Shown piece by piece: positions 27,001-39,240 of a stretch of DNA of 64,000 bases; position 1 is the first letter of the stretch; each line of letters begins with the position of its first letter. The notes under the pieces are model-generated. The model was not told the origin of the DNA, ran no database searches, and worked only from the letters and a program-made list of their open reading frames with translations. The stretch spans positions 81,594,001 through 81,658,000 of the forward strand of contig CM052817.1 of NCBI GenBank assembly GCA_028534125.1, in the 5' to 3' direction. Position numbers and translations under genes: made by a program. This stretch comes from Lama glama. Lineage: Eukaryota.

Positions 27001-28899
27001 AGGGTGGCAATAATCAGAATATATGTATTTAATTGTTTAGAACATCAGAATTAGAAATAACCGCCCCCCCCAAAAAAAGAGTTTAAAAAAGGAAGTGAGA
27101 CTAAATACATCTTAGAAGAAAAGAGAAACTTAGGGAAGAGAAGGAGGAAAGAAAGAAGCAAAAAGTGACATACAACAGCATGTTGTAAAATGAATAGTCA
27201 GTGTGTGCGCTATTCAATAATAGTTCAGATTTTGCCCACTCTTCAACTAGGTGATATCTTGGGGTCTGCACTTATGTTATGGTCTATTCCAATGTTTTCC
27301 AAAATATAGACAGAGAAACATTAATCCCAGGAGATATCTATTGAGAAGAGGATTTAATATGTGTGGAAAAAAATTTAAGATAAATTACCAAAAATTTGGA
27401 ACTAAGGATGACACGTGTCCTTTCAATGGTGTACTTGGATATTGTCTAACAGGTCCACTTCAGATTATTTATTTAAGAGGAGGTACAATTTATTTTTTGA
27501 AGTACAATTTAAATATTGATCAGGAGCCAGGTTTTGTGAAGTACATGTTAATTCTATGTGAGAAAGAGATTACAAATTAATTCTGATGAACAGAAATGAT
27601 TACCTCAAAGGTTATCCTTTGACTGTCCTGTCAGACATAAACCAGTTTTGTCTCTAATTTAGCAAATTTACTTCAGCATGCCTTTTTTGATGGACTAAAT
27701 AAATTTCTACTGTTCAAATCACTATTCTGCTAGTTTTCACATGAATGAATAAAATAAATCTTTGTCATATGCTCTCATTACATTTTATGAGTGATGTTTT
27801 TAACTTTAAGAAAACTATGCTTTGGAATATATTTTTATGCCACACCTTCTTCCCAAAGATTCTTAGTGTACATTGGTAATTAAGAATTCTGAGCAGACTT
27901 CTGGTAAAGAAAACTGTGTTCATTTGTTTGGCTAAACAAATAAACTATTTCCCTGTTTCCTGAGTAAAAACACTTTGTAAAATGTTCTTCTTTACAATGC
28001 CAATACCTGTAAGAGAAATCATAATTAAATATCCTATTGATATGAACAATCATATTATACAAACGTTACACTGAATCCTAAACTTTCAGTTTTATAAGTC
28101 AGTAGTGAGGTCAATATATAGGCAGATAGACAGATAGGTAGACATGAGCAAATTCCAAAGTTATCAAATTTGTCCTCTACATTGATACAAGCTAAGTGAC
28201 ACTGAACAGTAGAAACTGAGAAGATGGGCTCATAACGTTAATGTGAATTCACCTGTATATTCGCTGAAAGTCAGATATATCTGCTGATGAAGAATGTAAC
28301 ACACGTATAACTTCCACAAAAATGATAAACCAAATCTCTGCTGTTGACTTAATCACATCAGCGGAGAGGCCACAGGAGACATGGGGATCCATTTTCAGCA
28401 ATGAACAAACATTTTTTTAAGAAGCTGAAAAAACCACAGATAGAAGAGGCTGGAAAAGATTTTTCTAGGTTTGCTCTTTTCTTGACCCATCACACTCCTA
28501 ACCTCAGTGATGTAGCAAGAATGTTCTGAAGTCCAACTAGAAGGGGAGCTCTAAGTACAGGAAGTGAGGCATCCTGTGAATATTTGCCTTCCCTCTCCTC
28601 CCCTCTTTCCCTCTGTATAAGGCAATGGTGTCAATAAGGGATGGTCTCAAAAAAAAAAAAAAACAAACAAAAAAACAAAAACAAAAAAACAGGAGAGCCC
28701 AAGGCTTGAGGCCTAAAACACTCCTTTGCAGATAAAGGATTCCAGAAAAAAATGGAGTAGATGGTCACACTCAGATGTCAATCAAGATTCTCTGTGCCCT
28801 GAAATGTGTCTTTTTCCATCCCACAAACTTACCCCTTGGTTCATATGCTAAGGTCTAGGGTTTTATCTTTTCTAATAACCATTATTAGTAGATAACTGA

Positions 28900-30470
28900 T
28901 AATACCAATCAGTCATATGATGAATTCATTATGAAGTTTGAGTGAAACAACTACAAGAGAAAACAAAGAATGTGAACAACCCAGACAAGAGAAAGGAACT
29001 CTAATGAAGCAGACAGACATGGACTAAAAACAGGCATAGTGATGTGCATAGCATGATGGGAAAAAATATTGGAAGCATGAAGCAGAAATTGGGGTATTAA
29101 CAAGAATTCACTGGATATATTGGTTATGAAAAGGCAATTTTGGAAATAAAGGACTTAGTGTATGGCCTTGATAGCAGACTGAATTTGGCCAAAGAATAAA
29201 ATAGTGAGCTAAAAAGCTAGTCTAGGAAGTTCCCTAGAATGAAGAGACAAAAAATAAAATACAGTAAAATAAAAATAAGGCATATAAGCAGAAATCTAAC
29301 CATGAGCTGTGAAGAGGAACTCAGAAGCAGAAATAGTACCTGAGAGTAAGAAAATACTTTAAAAATAATGATTGAGAATTCATCTCCCCTACAAAAAATG
29401 TCTGAGATCTCATTTTGAAACGCAAGTGGGATGCTGAGAAAGAGGAAAAATATGCATTTAGAGACCTAGTAGTGAAATAACAGCAAAAAATCAAAGATGA
29501 AGATGACATTGTTAATGCTTCTAGTGAGAAAAAGCAGATCACCTCCGAGAATCAAGGCTGAGAAGTCAGTAATACCAACTTTCTCAAGGGAAAAAATATA
29601 ACATTGTTTCTAAAGTTTTGAAGGAAAATATATCTAAACCTAGAATCTTCTCTCCAGTTAAATTATTTAAATGTAAGTTAAGAAAAATACGTTTAGGATT
29701 AAATGGATCCAGAATATTTACCACAAAAAGATCTTCTCAGAAAGAAGATTGTAGAGTGAATGTATTATATCTAGAAGAGAAATAAAGCTGGGTGAAATGC
29801 ATTAAGATATGGAAAATAAGGTTAGTTATAGAACTTATTGAAGTTTATTGTTGTCTGAGAAAACAATGTTTTAAAAAAATGTATACTCATAATAATCCAC
29901 AAATAAACTCTAGACAATATTGACATGTAGGGGTGGTATTTGAGGAACAGGAGACCAAAAAAAAAGGTGGTAAAAGCAAAACAAGATTCTTTCCTTGCTC
30001 CATATACAGACATATATATTATAAAGCAGTAGACACTGATTAAAATACAAATAAATGACATGCAAATGTATAAGCTTCACACACACACAAAAAAGAAGAA
30101 GATAATATATCTCCTATAAGGCCTGAAAGGTAAATGAAATAAAATACAGTGTAGCGAATATAAAAAGATAATTCAAATAAAAGAAAACCCCCAAATAATT
30201 ACAAGGCAAATGGTTTAACTTGTCAATTAAAATATTTTATCTCCATACTGGCTACAATTCAAGTCCCTGCAATTCATCTTGAACAAGAGCTTTACTTCAG
30301 ACATATTTACATAAGAGATATACTTAGAAAATAGAGGTCAGAAAGATTGACGATAATTTGAAGGAAAAAAATAAAACCAGAATAGCTTTGAAAAAATAGG
30401 CATAAAATTAATTTTGGTATCAAACTAAATATAACTTAGTGTAAAACATCCTAAGAACATAGAAAGTTTC
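28900..30470 (+). mobile_element. Ancient L1M 5' part: ORF1 remnant and start of ORF2 endonuclease
   Basis: A-rich; gatagcagactgaatttggccaaagaataaaatagtgagct, gagaaaaagcagatcacct and gaaggaaaatatatctaaacctagaatc are ORF1-like; aaatggtttaacttgtcaattaaaa is an NGLN.PIK-like endonuclease start. Confidence 0.65.
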
Positions 30471-31019
30471 CTCTCTAACCGAGTATTATACCCTTCTGTC
30501 TACTGTTGACTTTATCTTTTTCTTTATTCAAAGTGAAGTAAGCACAAAACAACTTTTAAGAAAACTCCTAGGTACTAGAGAAGCCCTATGATTTATGAAA
30601 TATGCATCGCACTTGGTTTACCTTTCCACTTTCACAAGGCCTCATAGAAAGATTTCCCCCATCGTGCAAAGGGAAGAATGGAGTTAATTGAAACACTCAG
30701 TTTAATTCATCATTTGAATGATGGCAAAGGGAAACACCCCGAATTTATTTTTCCTAGTAATTGTATCTAGTTATCTTTATTTTAAACGAATTTCTCTTTT
30801 CTTGGATCTCCTCCAAGTCTGTCGTCACTCTATCGGTCAGCCCCAGAAAACAGAGAAATCGTCGGAGCCTCTCCTGGAATGAAGTAGCGGCTGTACGGAA
30901 AACGGCGGGGCCAACTCAACCTAGCACTCAAAATAGAATTCAAATCTCATGATAGCTACAACCACAGTGTGCCAAGAAGGAAACAGAAAAGGAATTGTTC
31001 CCAAACGAAGGAGGAGGGA

Positions 31020-31145
31020 AAGCAGCCTGGAGTAGTCACATCTCAGTTCTGTGAATAACTTGCATTATGTCCTTGGGTGATTCACTTAATTTCCCTGGGT
31101 TTTGGATTCCCCTCTGTAAAATGAGAGGATTGGACTAAATCAGTA
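31020..31145 (+). mobile_element. MIR (MIR3-like)
   Basis: ccttgggtgattcacttaatttccctgggttttggattcccctctgtaaaatgagaggattggactaaat. Confidence 0.7.
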
Positions 31146-32142
31146 GTTTCCAAATTATAAGCCTTGGAATATTTGCAAGAAAGCCTTGAATTCATATGCT
31201 TTATATATTTCCACCATTGCCAGGGTCGAAAAGCTCAATTGTAGTCAGGTGACAGTTGGAAAAAAAAAAAACAGTTTATTTATTTATTTATTTATTTTAA
31301 ACAGTCTTCATTTGGAAACCTTTAAGACCTACTGGTGAAATACGTGAAGTCTTTTCAGACTATAGAACGCCACTGTTTTACGAGTTAGATATCCAGAGGT
31401 GTATGATTCCCGATTGAAATCTTTCCTGAAACAGTATTGTCATTGAAGGGCCATGAGGTTGCAGTTAGGGGACTATGGTTTTCCAAGCCAGACTGGCACT
31501 CATCAATCATTACCTTAGGCAAGTTATGTAAATGTTTATTTCCTTCATTTGAGATGACTATTGAAAAGCCTTAGACTAAATTTAAAGTGTTCTTCAAATA
31601 TAAGGTGCTTTTATTGGTCAACTATTCTCAGCCAAAAAAAAATGCTACATTTGCAGAGCAGAAACCAGAATTAGCTGACAGGTCCTCTATCCTTGTAGCT
31701 GCTTCAGCTTCCTTTCCTTTTACTCCTTCCACATTAACACGCTACTCATCTGTCTAGTTATTTTTCCACTCGTAGGCTGATCTATTATTTGTGGTTTAAG
31801 GCTCTTTAACGCTTAATAATTCAAGCAGAAATACTTGCTATTTTTAGAAGAGAAGTAATATAGATTCTTATAAACAGTTTAAAGCAAGCCAATAGATTGA
31901 GTAGAATTGAGTAGAATTATCATAATTTAATATAATTTTATATGCATAGAACTCTTCCTCCTCCCTCTTTGTGTTTGTCAGTTTCAAAAATATGTGATTC
32001 CTTTTTTCTTAGCTCTTTCTTTTCTCTGTGAGCCTATGAATAAGTGCTTGTGAGTGTGTCCATTTATCCCTCTTTCAGAATAATGCTTAGTCCAAGGCTT
32101 CCGTTTATATTTTGGTCAATTATTCATTTATCTTTGAGTCCC

Positions 32143-33108
32143 TAGTATATACAAGCAGCTCACATAGCTCAATTAAAAATAACAAACAACCCAATCAAAA
32201 AAATGGGCAGAAGATCTAAATAGACATTTCTCCAAAAAGGACATCCAGATGGCCAACAGGCACATGAAAAGATGATCAACATCACTAATTATTAGAGAAA
32301 TGCATAGCAAAGCTACAGTGAGGTACCACCTCACACTGGTCAAAATGTCCACCATCAAAAAGTCTAAATAAATGCTGGAGAGGGCGTGGAACAAAAGGAA
32401 CACACCTATACTGTTAGTGGGAATGTAATTTGGTGTAGCCACTATAAAAAACAGTATGGAGGTTCCTTAAAAAACTAAAAATAGACTTACCATATGATCC
32501 AGCAATCCTACTCTTGGGTGAATATCTGGAGAAAATTGTAATTCGAAAAGACACATGCATCCAGTGTTCACAGCAGCACTATTTTCAATAGCCAAGACAT
32601 GGAAGCAATGTAAACATCCATCAACAGATGACTGGATAAAGAAAATATAGTGTGTGAATGAAACACTACTCAACCATAAAAAGAAGTGAAATAATGCCAT
32701 TTGCAGAAATATGGATGGACCTAGAGATTATCATACTAAGTGAAGTAAGTCAGAGAAAGACAAATATATGATATCATTTATATGTGGAATCTACAAAAAA
32801 AACCCCACAAATGGTATTATTTACAAAACAGGAAGAGACTCAGAGACAGAGAAAGTAAACCTATGGTTACTGGGGCAAAGAGGGAGTGGGAGGGATAAAC
32901 TGGAAGTTTGGGATTGACTGACACAAACCACTATGTAGAGAATAGAGAAACAATAAGGTCCTATTGTACAGCAAATGGAACTGTATTCAATGGCTGGTAG
33001 TAATCTATAATGAAAAATACACACACACATATATATAACTGAATCACTTTGCTGTACACCAGAAACTAATACAACATTGTAAATTAAAAAATAAAAAATA
33101 AATCAAAA
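32143..33108 (+). mobile_element. Young 5'-truncated L1 (ORF2 C-terminus, 3' UTR, poly(A))
   Basis: aaaaatgggcagaagatctaaatagacatttctcc, ccatatgatccagcaatcctactc, ggacctagagattatcatactaagtgaagtaag and an A-rich tail. TSD aattattcattta(t/c)ct(t/c)tgagtccc at 32118-32142 and 33109-33133. Confidence 0.92.
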
Positions 33109-33689
33109 AATTATTCATTTACCTCTGAGTCCCGAATGATTGCCTCCATGACCACTGAGACTGTTCCTGTTCTGTGAGGGCTGCTCAGTTTGCTGAGGGA
33201 CTAAAAGAAGTTCACTTCTTTTCTAGTCCCTGGATTCCACTCCTTCTGAACTCAGGTCATGTGAGCAGATGGATTCATTTGGAAATGGAAATAAATGGTT
33301 ATCTCCGGAAACAGAAGGGATTAGGGCTTTGCACGTCTGGATGGCTGAAGCATTCTGCTTTCAGAATTATTAAAGATTCTGCTTAAAAGTAACAGAGATT
33401 CTTCAATGCTCAACAATTTTAATCTTCAATTAACTTTTAATCACTCTTTTAACAATGTCTTACAGATATAGATGAATGGTACAAGAGGTCAGCAAACAAT
33501 ATTCATTGGAAAATGTGATTAAGTAAAGAAATTTTTTTTTTTACTTCAGTAAAACACATGAACTAATTTTAAGGGAAGAAGGGGAAAAGGTTCCTTACAA
33601 GCTAATAATAAGGAATAAATTTTTCTATATTCAACATGCTTGGCAAACAGACACAGGATTATTTTGGTAAATTGATATGTTATTCTTAA

Positions 33690-34980
33690 ATATTATCCTA
33701 ACTACAGATTCATATGTCCAAGCTCCTACTTGAAATCCTATTTGAATGTCACTTAAAATGTGCCAAACTGAGTTTCTCATCTCTCCCTCCCCAACACTAG
33801 CCTACTTTTCTTAACATTGTTGGCATTTCAGTTAATGGCAGTTCATTCCTCCCAATTTCAAAGAACAAAGCCTTGGAATCATCCTTGATTTTTTTTCTCT
33901 TTCTTTTTCACAACAAATCTAAAGGTAAATTCAGTTAACTGGATTTTCAAAATGTATCTAGACTGTGACCTCTTCTCTTCACTCTTATGAAAGCTGTAGT
34001 GCCTGGATTGTTTTACCCTTTCCACCCTTTATTGTTTTTTCTCAGAACAGCAGTCACACCTGCTGTATTAAAACTTTAGACAAATCATGTCACTCTTCTG
34101 GATAGTTGCTAATGACTTCCAATATCACTCAGAGAATAAAGCCAAAGTCATTAAAAGACCTAAGAATATCTGTCTGATTGGGCACTGTTTCCTAATAATT
34201 TTGCTCTGATACAACTTTTGAATAGGGTATCTCAACATTAATCCTATCCTCATTTCATTTGCAAAGCCCAAATCTAGGTTCGCTAGAATTCTCTAGATTG
34301 TCTAGAATCTGGGATGTGAACAGCGTCCACCAATTAAATGCACTTGAAGCAGTTTAAAACGTGGAAGCAAGGTAGAGGCCATCTTCCTTGCTCCTCATGA
34401 CTACCTTCAGGCTGTTGCACTGGTGGCCTCAGCCTGTCCCCAATTTCATGCACATCTAGGCACTGGAGGTTTGATGGAGATATAATAGCCACCATGTTCT
34501 GTTTTCTCCACCACAGCTAAGATGGTGAGTCCTTCAGCTCTTTAAATCAATGGTAGACCTCCTTAATCTCTTTGAACACATTGTTCCTTGTATTGAGTAC
34601 TTTGTTCTGTTTGACATACAAAGAGAAGCATCTGTTTCTCATGTTCAACTTCTATTGATACATGATCTCTTTCTCACTCAAATCTTTAGGAAAATGTCAC
34701 TGTCTCAGTGAGCACGTCATGGGCCATCTTATGTAAAATTTCACCTTCTCCAACACACTTTCTCTTTCCTTTCCATGATTTATTTTTTCTTAGCACTTTC
34801 CTCTTTTTAGCATACAATCTATTTCACATACTTTACCTGTCTTATTTATTGCTGCCTCCCCCAAGAACGTGAGATTTATAAAGGCCAGGAGTTTTAAAAA
34901 TGACCTTTGCATACCCAGTGCCTCGAACACTGACTTGTACATTGAAGACACTCTGAAAAAAACTTGTTGAATGAATTAAG
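33690..34980 (+). mobile_element. L2 3' region, split by an LTR
   Basis: ccttggaatcatccttgatt, caaatcatgtcactcttctg, cactcagagaataaagccaaagtc; tail cagtgcctcgaacac...ttgttgaatgaatt. Confidence 0.7.
34208..34662 (+). mobile_element. Old ERVL-type LTR (LTR33/LTR41-like) nested in an L2
   Basis: ccaattaaatgcacttgaag and ggaagcaaggtagaggccatcttcc; ends tgataca; L2 sequence lies on both sides. Confidence 0.5.
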
Positions 34981-35720
34981 AGTCATGTGACTTCTTATTC
35001 TGTACTCTCAGTGACATCTTATGTATATGTGCAAAAATGTAAGAATGTATATATACACACACTGCTGTTGGGTATGTGCATTATTCATAAAAAGCAAGGT
35101 TTCTTTAAATATATTTTTTGTCGTGATGTGAGTGGAGTGGTATTCAGTACTTCAACATAGTTTCCCTGCTTTTTCAGAGTTACAAAGCAGTGCTGTGTTT
35201 CAGGACCATACTGATAAATTGAAACAATAGCTACAAAATCTGAGAAGTATCCTAAATGGAAGAAGGAGTTCATTGTTGTGCTTTTTGACCTCAGATTCCA
35301 TTTGGAATAACATGAGAAAGGCATTTTAGTTTTCCAGTTGACCCCAGATATTTCATTGGTTTGATCAGGCCTTAAAGATTTTTATTTTTAGCTACTTAGC
35401 TGCATTAAATCTGTTTTCAGATTTTTGTGAAATGCTTCTCTGTAGCTTCTTTCTTTATTGTATTCAGTGTCCAGCAAAAGAGCAAGCAGAGGCAGAATCT
35501 ATAGGCTCACTGGCCTCCTAGCTAATAGGGAAATTAACATTATGAAATGCAGCCTGCCTCCCGCTCATTCTTGTCCTCAATGGCTGTTTTCAAAGGCCAT
35601 GAATACTTCCCTTGCAAATAATTGGTGCCCCCTCCCCCATCCCCTACGGAAACACAGACACAGACACACTCAGACATGCATACTTCAGACCAGCACACAA
35701 AAGAGGCACCCCTCCCCCAG

Positions 35721-35751
<31 letters not shown>
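35721..35751 (+). repeat. Compound (TC)n(AC)n microsatellite
   Basis: Read directly from the sequence. Confidence 0.9.
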
Positions 35752-35753
<2 letters not shown>

Positions 35754-36719
35754 ACCCCAACTAAAAAGGAAAATCAATACTTGACCTTTTCAAACCGTGG
35801 AGTCAGGGAGGCTTCTATTTCTAGTATCTGATCTTTAACATTCAATTCCATATTTGGGATTAGTCAGGAGAGATCAATGGCTCGTTTTATTATTATCAGG
35901 CGTCAGAGAAGTTGAAAACTTCGGGGATTATTTCGGGAAAAAGCATCCAAGCACAGAGATGATCTTCTGTTACACAGTTGGGTTGAATTGAGGGGTTACT
36001 CCTCTCTCTTGCCTTATCGGATCGCTGGTAATTTGAATTAAAGAAAGAAATGTAGTTCCCTTTAGGGCCTTAGAGTTGGTGCTTTTGATGTTCTGCTTCT
36101 TTCTCCTTTTTTTCCCCTGGGTTTGTTCGCTCCTTAGGTACCTTCAGAATCATCTTATGTAATTTTTAGAGAAACAGATCGACGCCTCTGGAATCAATGA
36201 AACTCTGAGAAAGTGAGTAAGATTAAGGGAACCTCAAACTGGCATATTATTTTTAGTATTAGCACATAGTTATTTAAAAACCTGTGAGTATTACAGGGCT
36301 ATCACATTTCTATTTTGTAAGGGCAATTCTATGGTATGATGGACTGTCTTTTTTTAAGTAGGAAAGTACATGGTATTCAGAATTGAGGAATGTCGCTCCC
36401 TGCCTGCACCCGCCCTCCACCACCATGTATACACATTCTGCTGCATTGCTTTCAGGTTGCCACCAAAAAGTTCAATACATCTGTTTGTTTTGATTAGTTT
36501 ATTATACATTTTATAGATTTTACTTAAAAAAAAAAGACTTTCCATCTGAAAAAGGCAAAGAAAATTGATTTAAAGAACAAAGCATCGTCATTTATTAGAA
36601 ATATTTAGTTTGCAGCAATAGGAATCTTCTAGATAAAACTATTATAAACCGACATAACTTCTTCTTTATGGGATTTTCAAATTATTGGCCCTGAAGAAAT
36701 CTAATTAATTAATTAACTG

Positions 36720-36900
36720 ATGTGTCTTTCTGCCTATCCATTCATTTATGGTAGAAAATTATTGAAGATTTACCAACTGTCCAGTACAGCGAAAGGAGTG
36801 AAGGATACAAAAGATTGAGTTTTATTCCAAGTGCGTCACGGTTCAGTGCGGGAGACAGAGGCTCAATTCCATCACAGTATAGTGGGTACACAGAGAGCAG
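36720..36900 (-). mobile_element. L2 3' tail fragment
   Basis: tccattcatttatggtagaaaattattgaagatttaccaactgtccagtac. Confidence 0.5.
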
Positions 36901-37223
36901 CGTTTAAGTTACTTAAAGCTTGGGATGTTGCTGTACATAATGTTAAATTTATATTGTTGTCTTTGTTTATATTCTCAAGGTCTTCCTCAATTAAAATATA
37001 TCCCCTTTGGGAATTGTTATTCTTAAGCCTCAAAAAATTTTTTTCTTTTATAAATTGTGTCAAATCAGGGCTTTAATTAAGATGTTGCTAGTATTTATAG
37101 AGAGAACAGAAGTTTTGGTCTCTTGTATATTCCTGAGAAGGGCTGAAATGAGGCTTAATAAGAGTGTTTTTCTGTAGCATTGATTTCTTCAGAACATAGA
37201 GTTTGATAAGAGTTCAAAGGAAC

Positions 37224-37595
37224 TGTTGCTGGAGAATAGGTTCTTGTATTGTGTAGGAAAGAACTCAAGAGTGAGGCACAGTAAAGTGAAAGAAAGTTTA
37301 TTTGTTTATTCAGGGAGATAAACACTCTATAGACAGAATGCGGGCTGTCTCAGAAGGGGAGAGAGTTACAGAGTTGTTAGTTTTTAATGGGCTTGGTTAT
37401 TTCATATGCTAATGAGTAGGAGAATTATTCTAACTATGTTGGGAGGGGGCGGGGTGCCTGTGGGTGTGCAGTGAGGCTTAAATTCTACTGCAAGGCGAAT
37501 CTTCTGCCACCTTGGTCTCTAACCAGTTTGCCCTGTCCTCAACTGCCATGTCAGTCCTTCAGTGGTTGTGCCTGGCCCCCTTCCCTCTGGTCTCA
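37224..37595 (-). mobile_element. ERV1-type solo LTR
   Basis: tgttgctgg...ggtctca termini; exact 4-bp TSD gaac (37220-37223 and 37596-37599); antisense poly(A) signal aagtttatt; atttcatatgctaatgag motif. Confidence 0.8.
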
Positions 37596-37646
37596 GAACT
37601 AGGCAGCTGGTCGTGTGTTATGATACAGCAATGACCACAGTTTCAT

Positions 37647-38295
37647 TGTTATCGAACCCAAGTTCATGTGTCCAAAGCACACTGAGGACAAACAAACTAA
37701 GATGCTGAAGTTTGGAGTGCAGAAAGTTTTATTGCAGGGCTGAGCAAGAATAGGATGGCTCATGCTCAAAAGACCTGAACTCCCAGAAGAGTTTCAGGAA
37801 GTGTTTTTAGTGGCAAGGCGAAGGAGGGGAGTTGCAAGGTGAGTGATCAGCTCATGCACAATTCTCTGATTAGTTGATGGTGAGGGGACAGGGCAGTGTC
37901 ACAATGGTTAACACAATCAATCCTCAGGCTCCAGTAGGTCTGGGGGTTACTGGTGCTTATAGTCATCAAGTAGTTAACTTTTTCCATTTGGTGGGGGTTT
38001 TAGCATCTGTAAAACAACTCAGGAAGTGTGCATCAGATACTGTTATCCAGGTACTTCAGGGAGAAACTAAAGACTCTGTGCCTGCCGTATGGCTGATTTA
38101 CTATTTAAATTCTTACCAGTTCTCCTGTTGCAACCTTTATTTTTGTCACTACATGTTCACATCCTTTCAAACATTAATTCTTGAGCCAAGGTGAAGCCTG
38201 TGAAACTACAGCTTTTCTACAAAGAAGAGATAGGCAGAGGACATGGGGTGTGGGGTCTGCCCCGGGAAGGCCCCATAGCATCCTGCTTGGTTGTA
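37647..38295 (-). mobile_element. ERV1-type solo LTR, second family
   Basis: Starts tgttatcgaacccaagttc; aaagttttattgcagggc; tgatcagctcatgcacaattctctgattagttgatggtgagg; ends ggaaggccccatagcatcctgcttggttg. Right boundary approximate. Confidence 0.75.
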
Positions 38296-38619
38296 CCACA
38301 ATTGTTTCCTCAGTTAGGAAATCATCAAAAGGACATGATTTTAACAAGCTCTTTGACATAATAACATTCTTAATATGCCCACGCTGAAGACATACTCTAA
38401 AAATTGTACTGTTGTTTTAATTTACACTCATATTCTAGTAATATAATATAATCTATTACTATAATTCAAGTTTAAATTAATGTCCTGAAAATGAAAGATA
38501 TGATATTCAGGGAGCTCTTGGTTTTTAGGATTTGCTTCTAAATTGTCCTTAATCACAATTATAATTCTTTGGACATTTTTTCCAAAACATACTTGTGAAA
38601 CATTTGAAATTAATGTTGA

Positions 38620-39240
38620 AGTTATTTATCTTTTCTTTATCAATTGCGTAATATTTGCTAAATATGCACATGTAAGTTGTAAAACATAATAGAAAATTTA
38701 GGAGACTCCTATCTACCCACTCATTTAAATGTTTTGTTAATTACTGTATTGTTTTATAAAATTACATTATATATATGAATATTTGAGTGATATAGTATTT
38801 GATTTTGATTGAACTTTACATTTGTAACAATAGTGTGCTCTAGTCTTCTACATTTTCACTCAGTATTATATTCTTGAAACTCATAAATGCAGTTAATTAT
38901 TTTACATTGCCATATATTTTATTGGTGAAATAAACCACTATTTTTTATCCATTCCCCTGTGACTGGTATTCGGGATGTTTCCACTTGGAGAAAGTGTATC
39001 ACATACAATCCTGTTATGAATATTTTTGTATACATTTCTACTAGCATATATTCTGAAGAGTATGTACTTAAAAGGAAATTTCTGGACCATTTGCAATGTT
39101 CAAGTTTAACTTGATAATTAATTTTTCAAGGATATTATATTCATTTATAATGCCATAAAGTGTGCTAGTTCCCATTGATCAAACTTTTTTGCCAACATTT
39201 AGTATTATTAACTTTCATAATTTTTGTCAATATTTCTTAT
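38620..39240 (-). mobile_element. Ancient L1M 3' fragment
   Basis: tttcactcagtattatattcttgaaactcat, tttatccattcccctgtgactggtatt, ctgttatgaatatttttgtatacatttc, gccaacatttagtattatt. Confidence 0.65.

Noticed and set aside
32173..33030. Minus-strand ORFs of 69-89 aa
   Set aside because: Typical antisense L1 ORF2/3' UTR translations, not genes. The same applies to 14261-14657, 20261-20590, 41845-42048 and 49836-50140.
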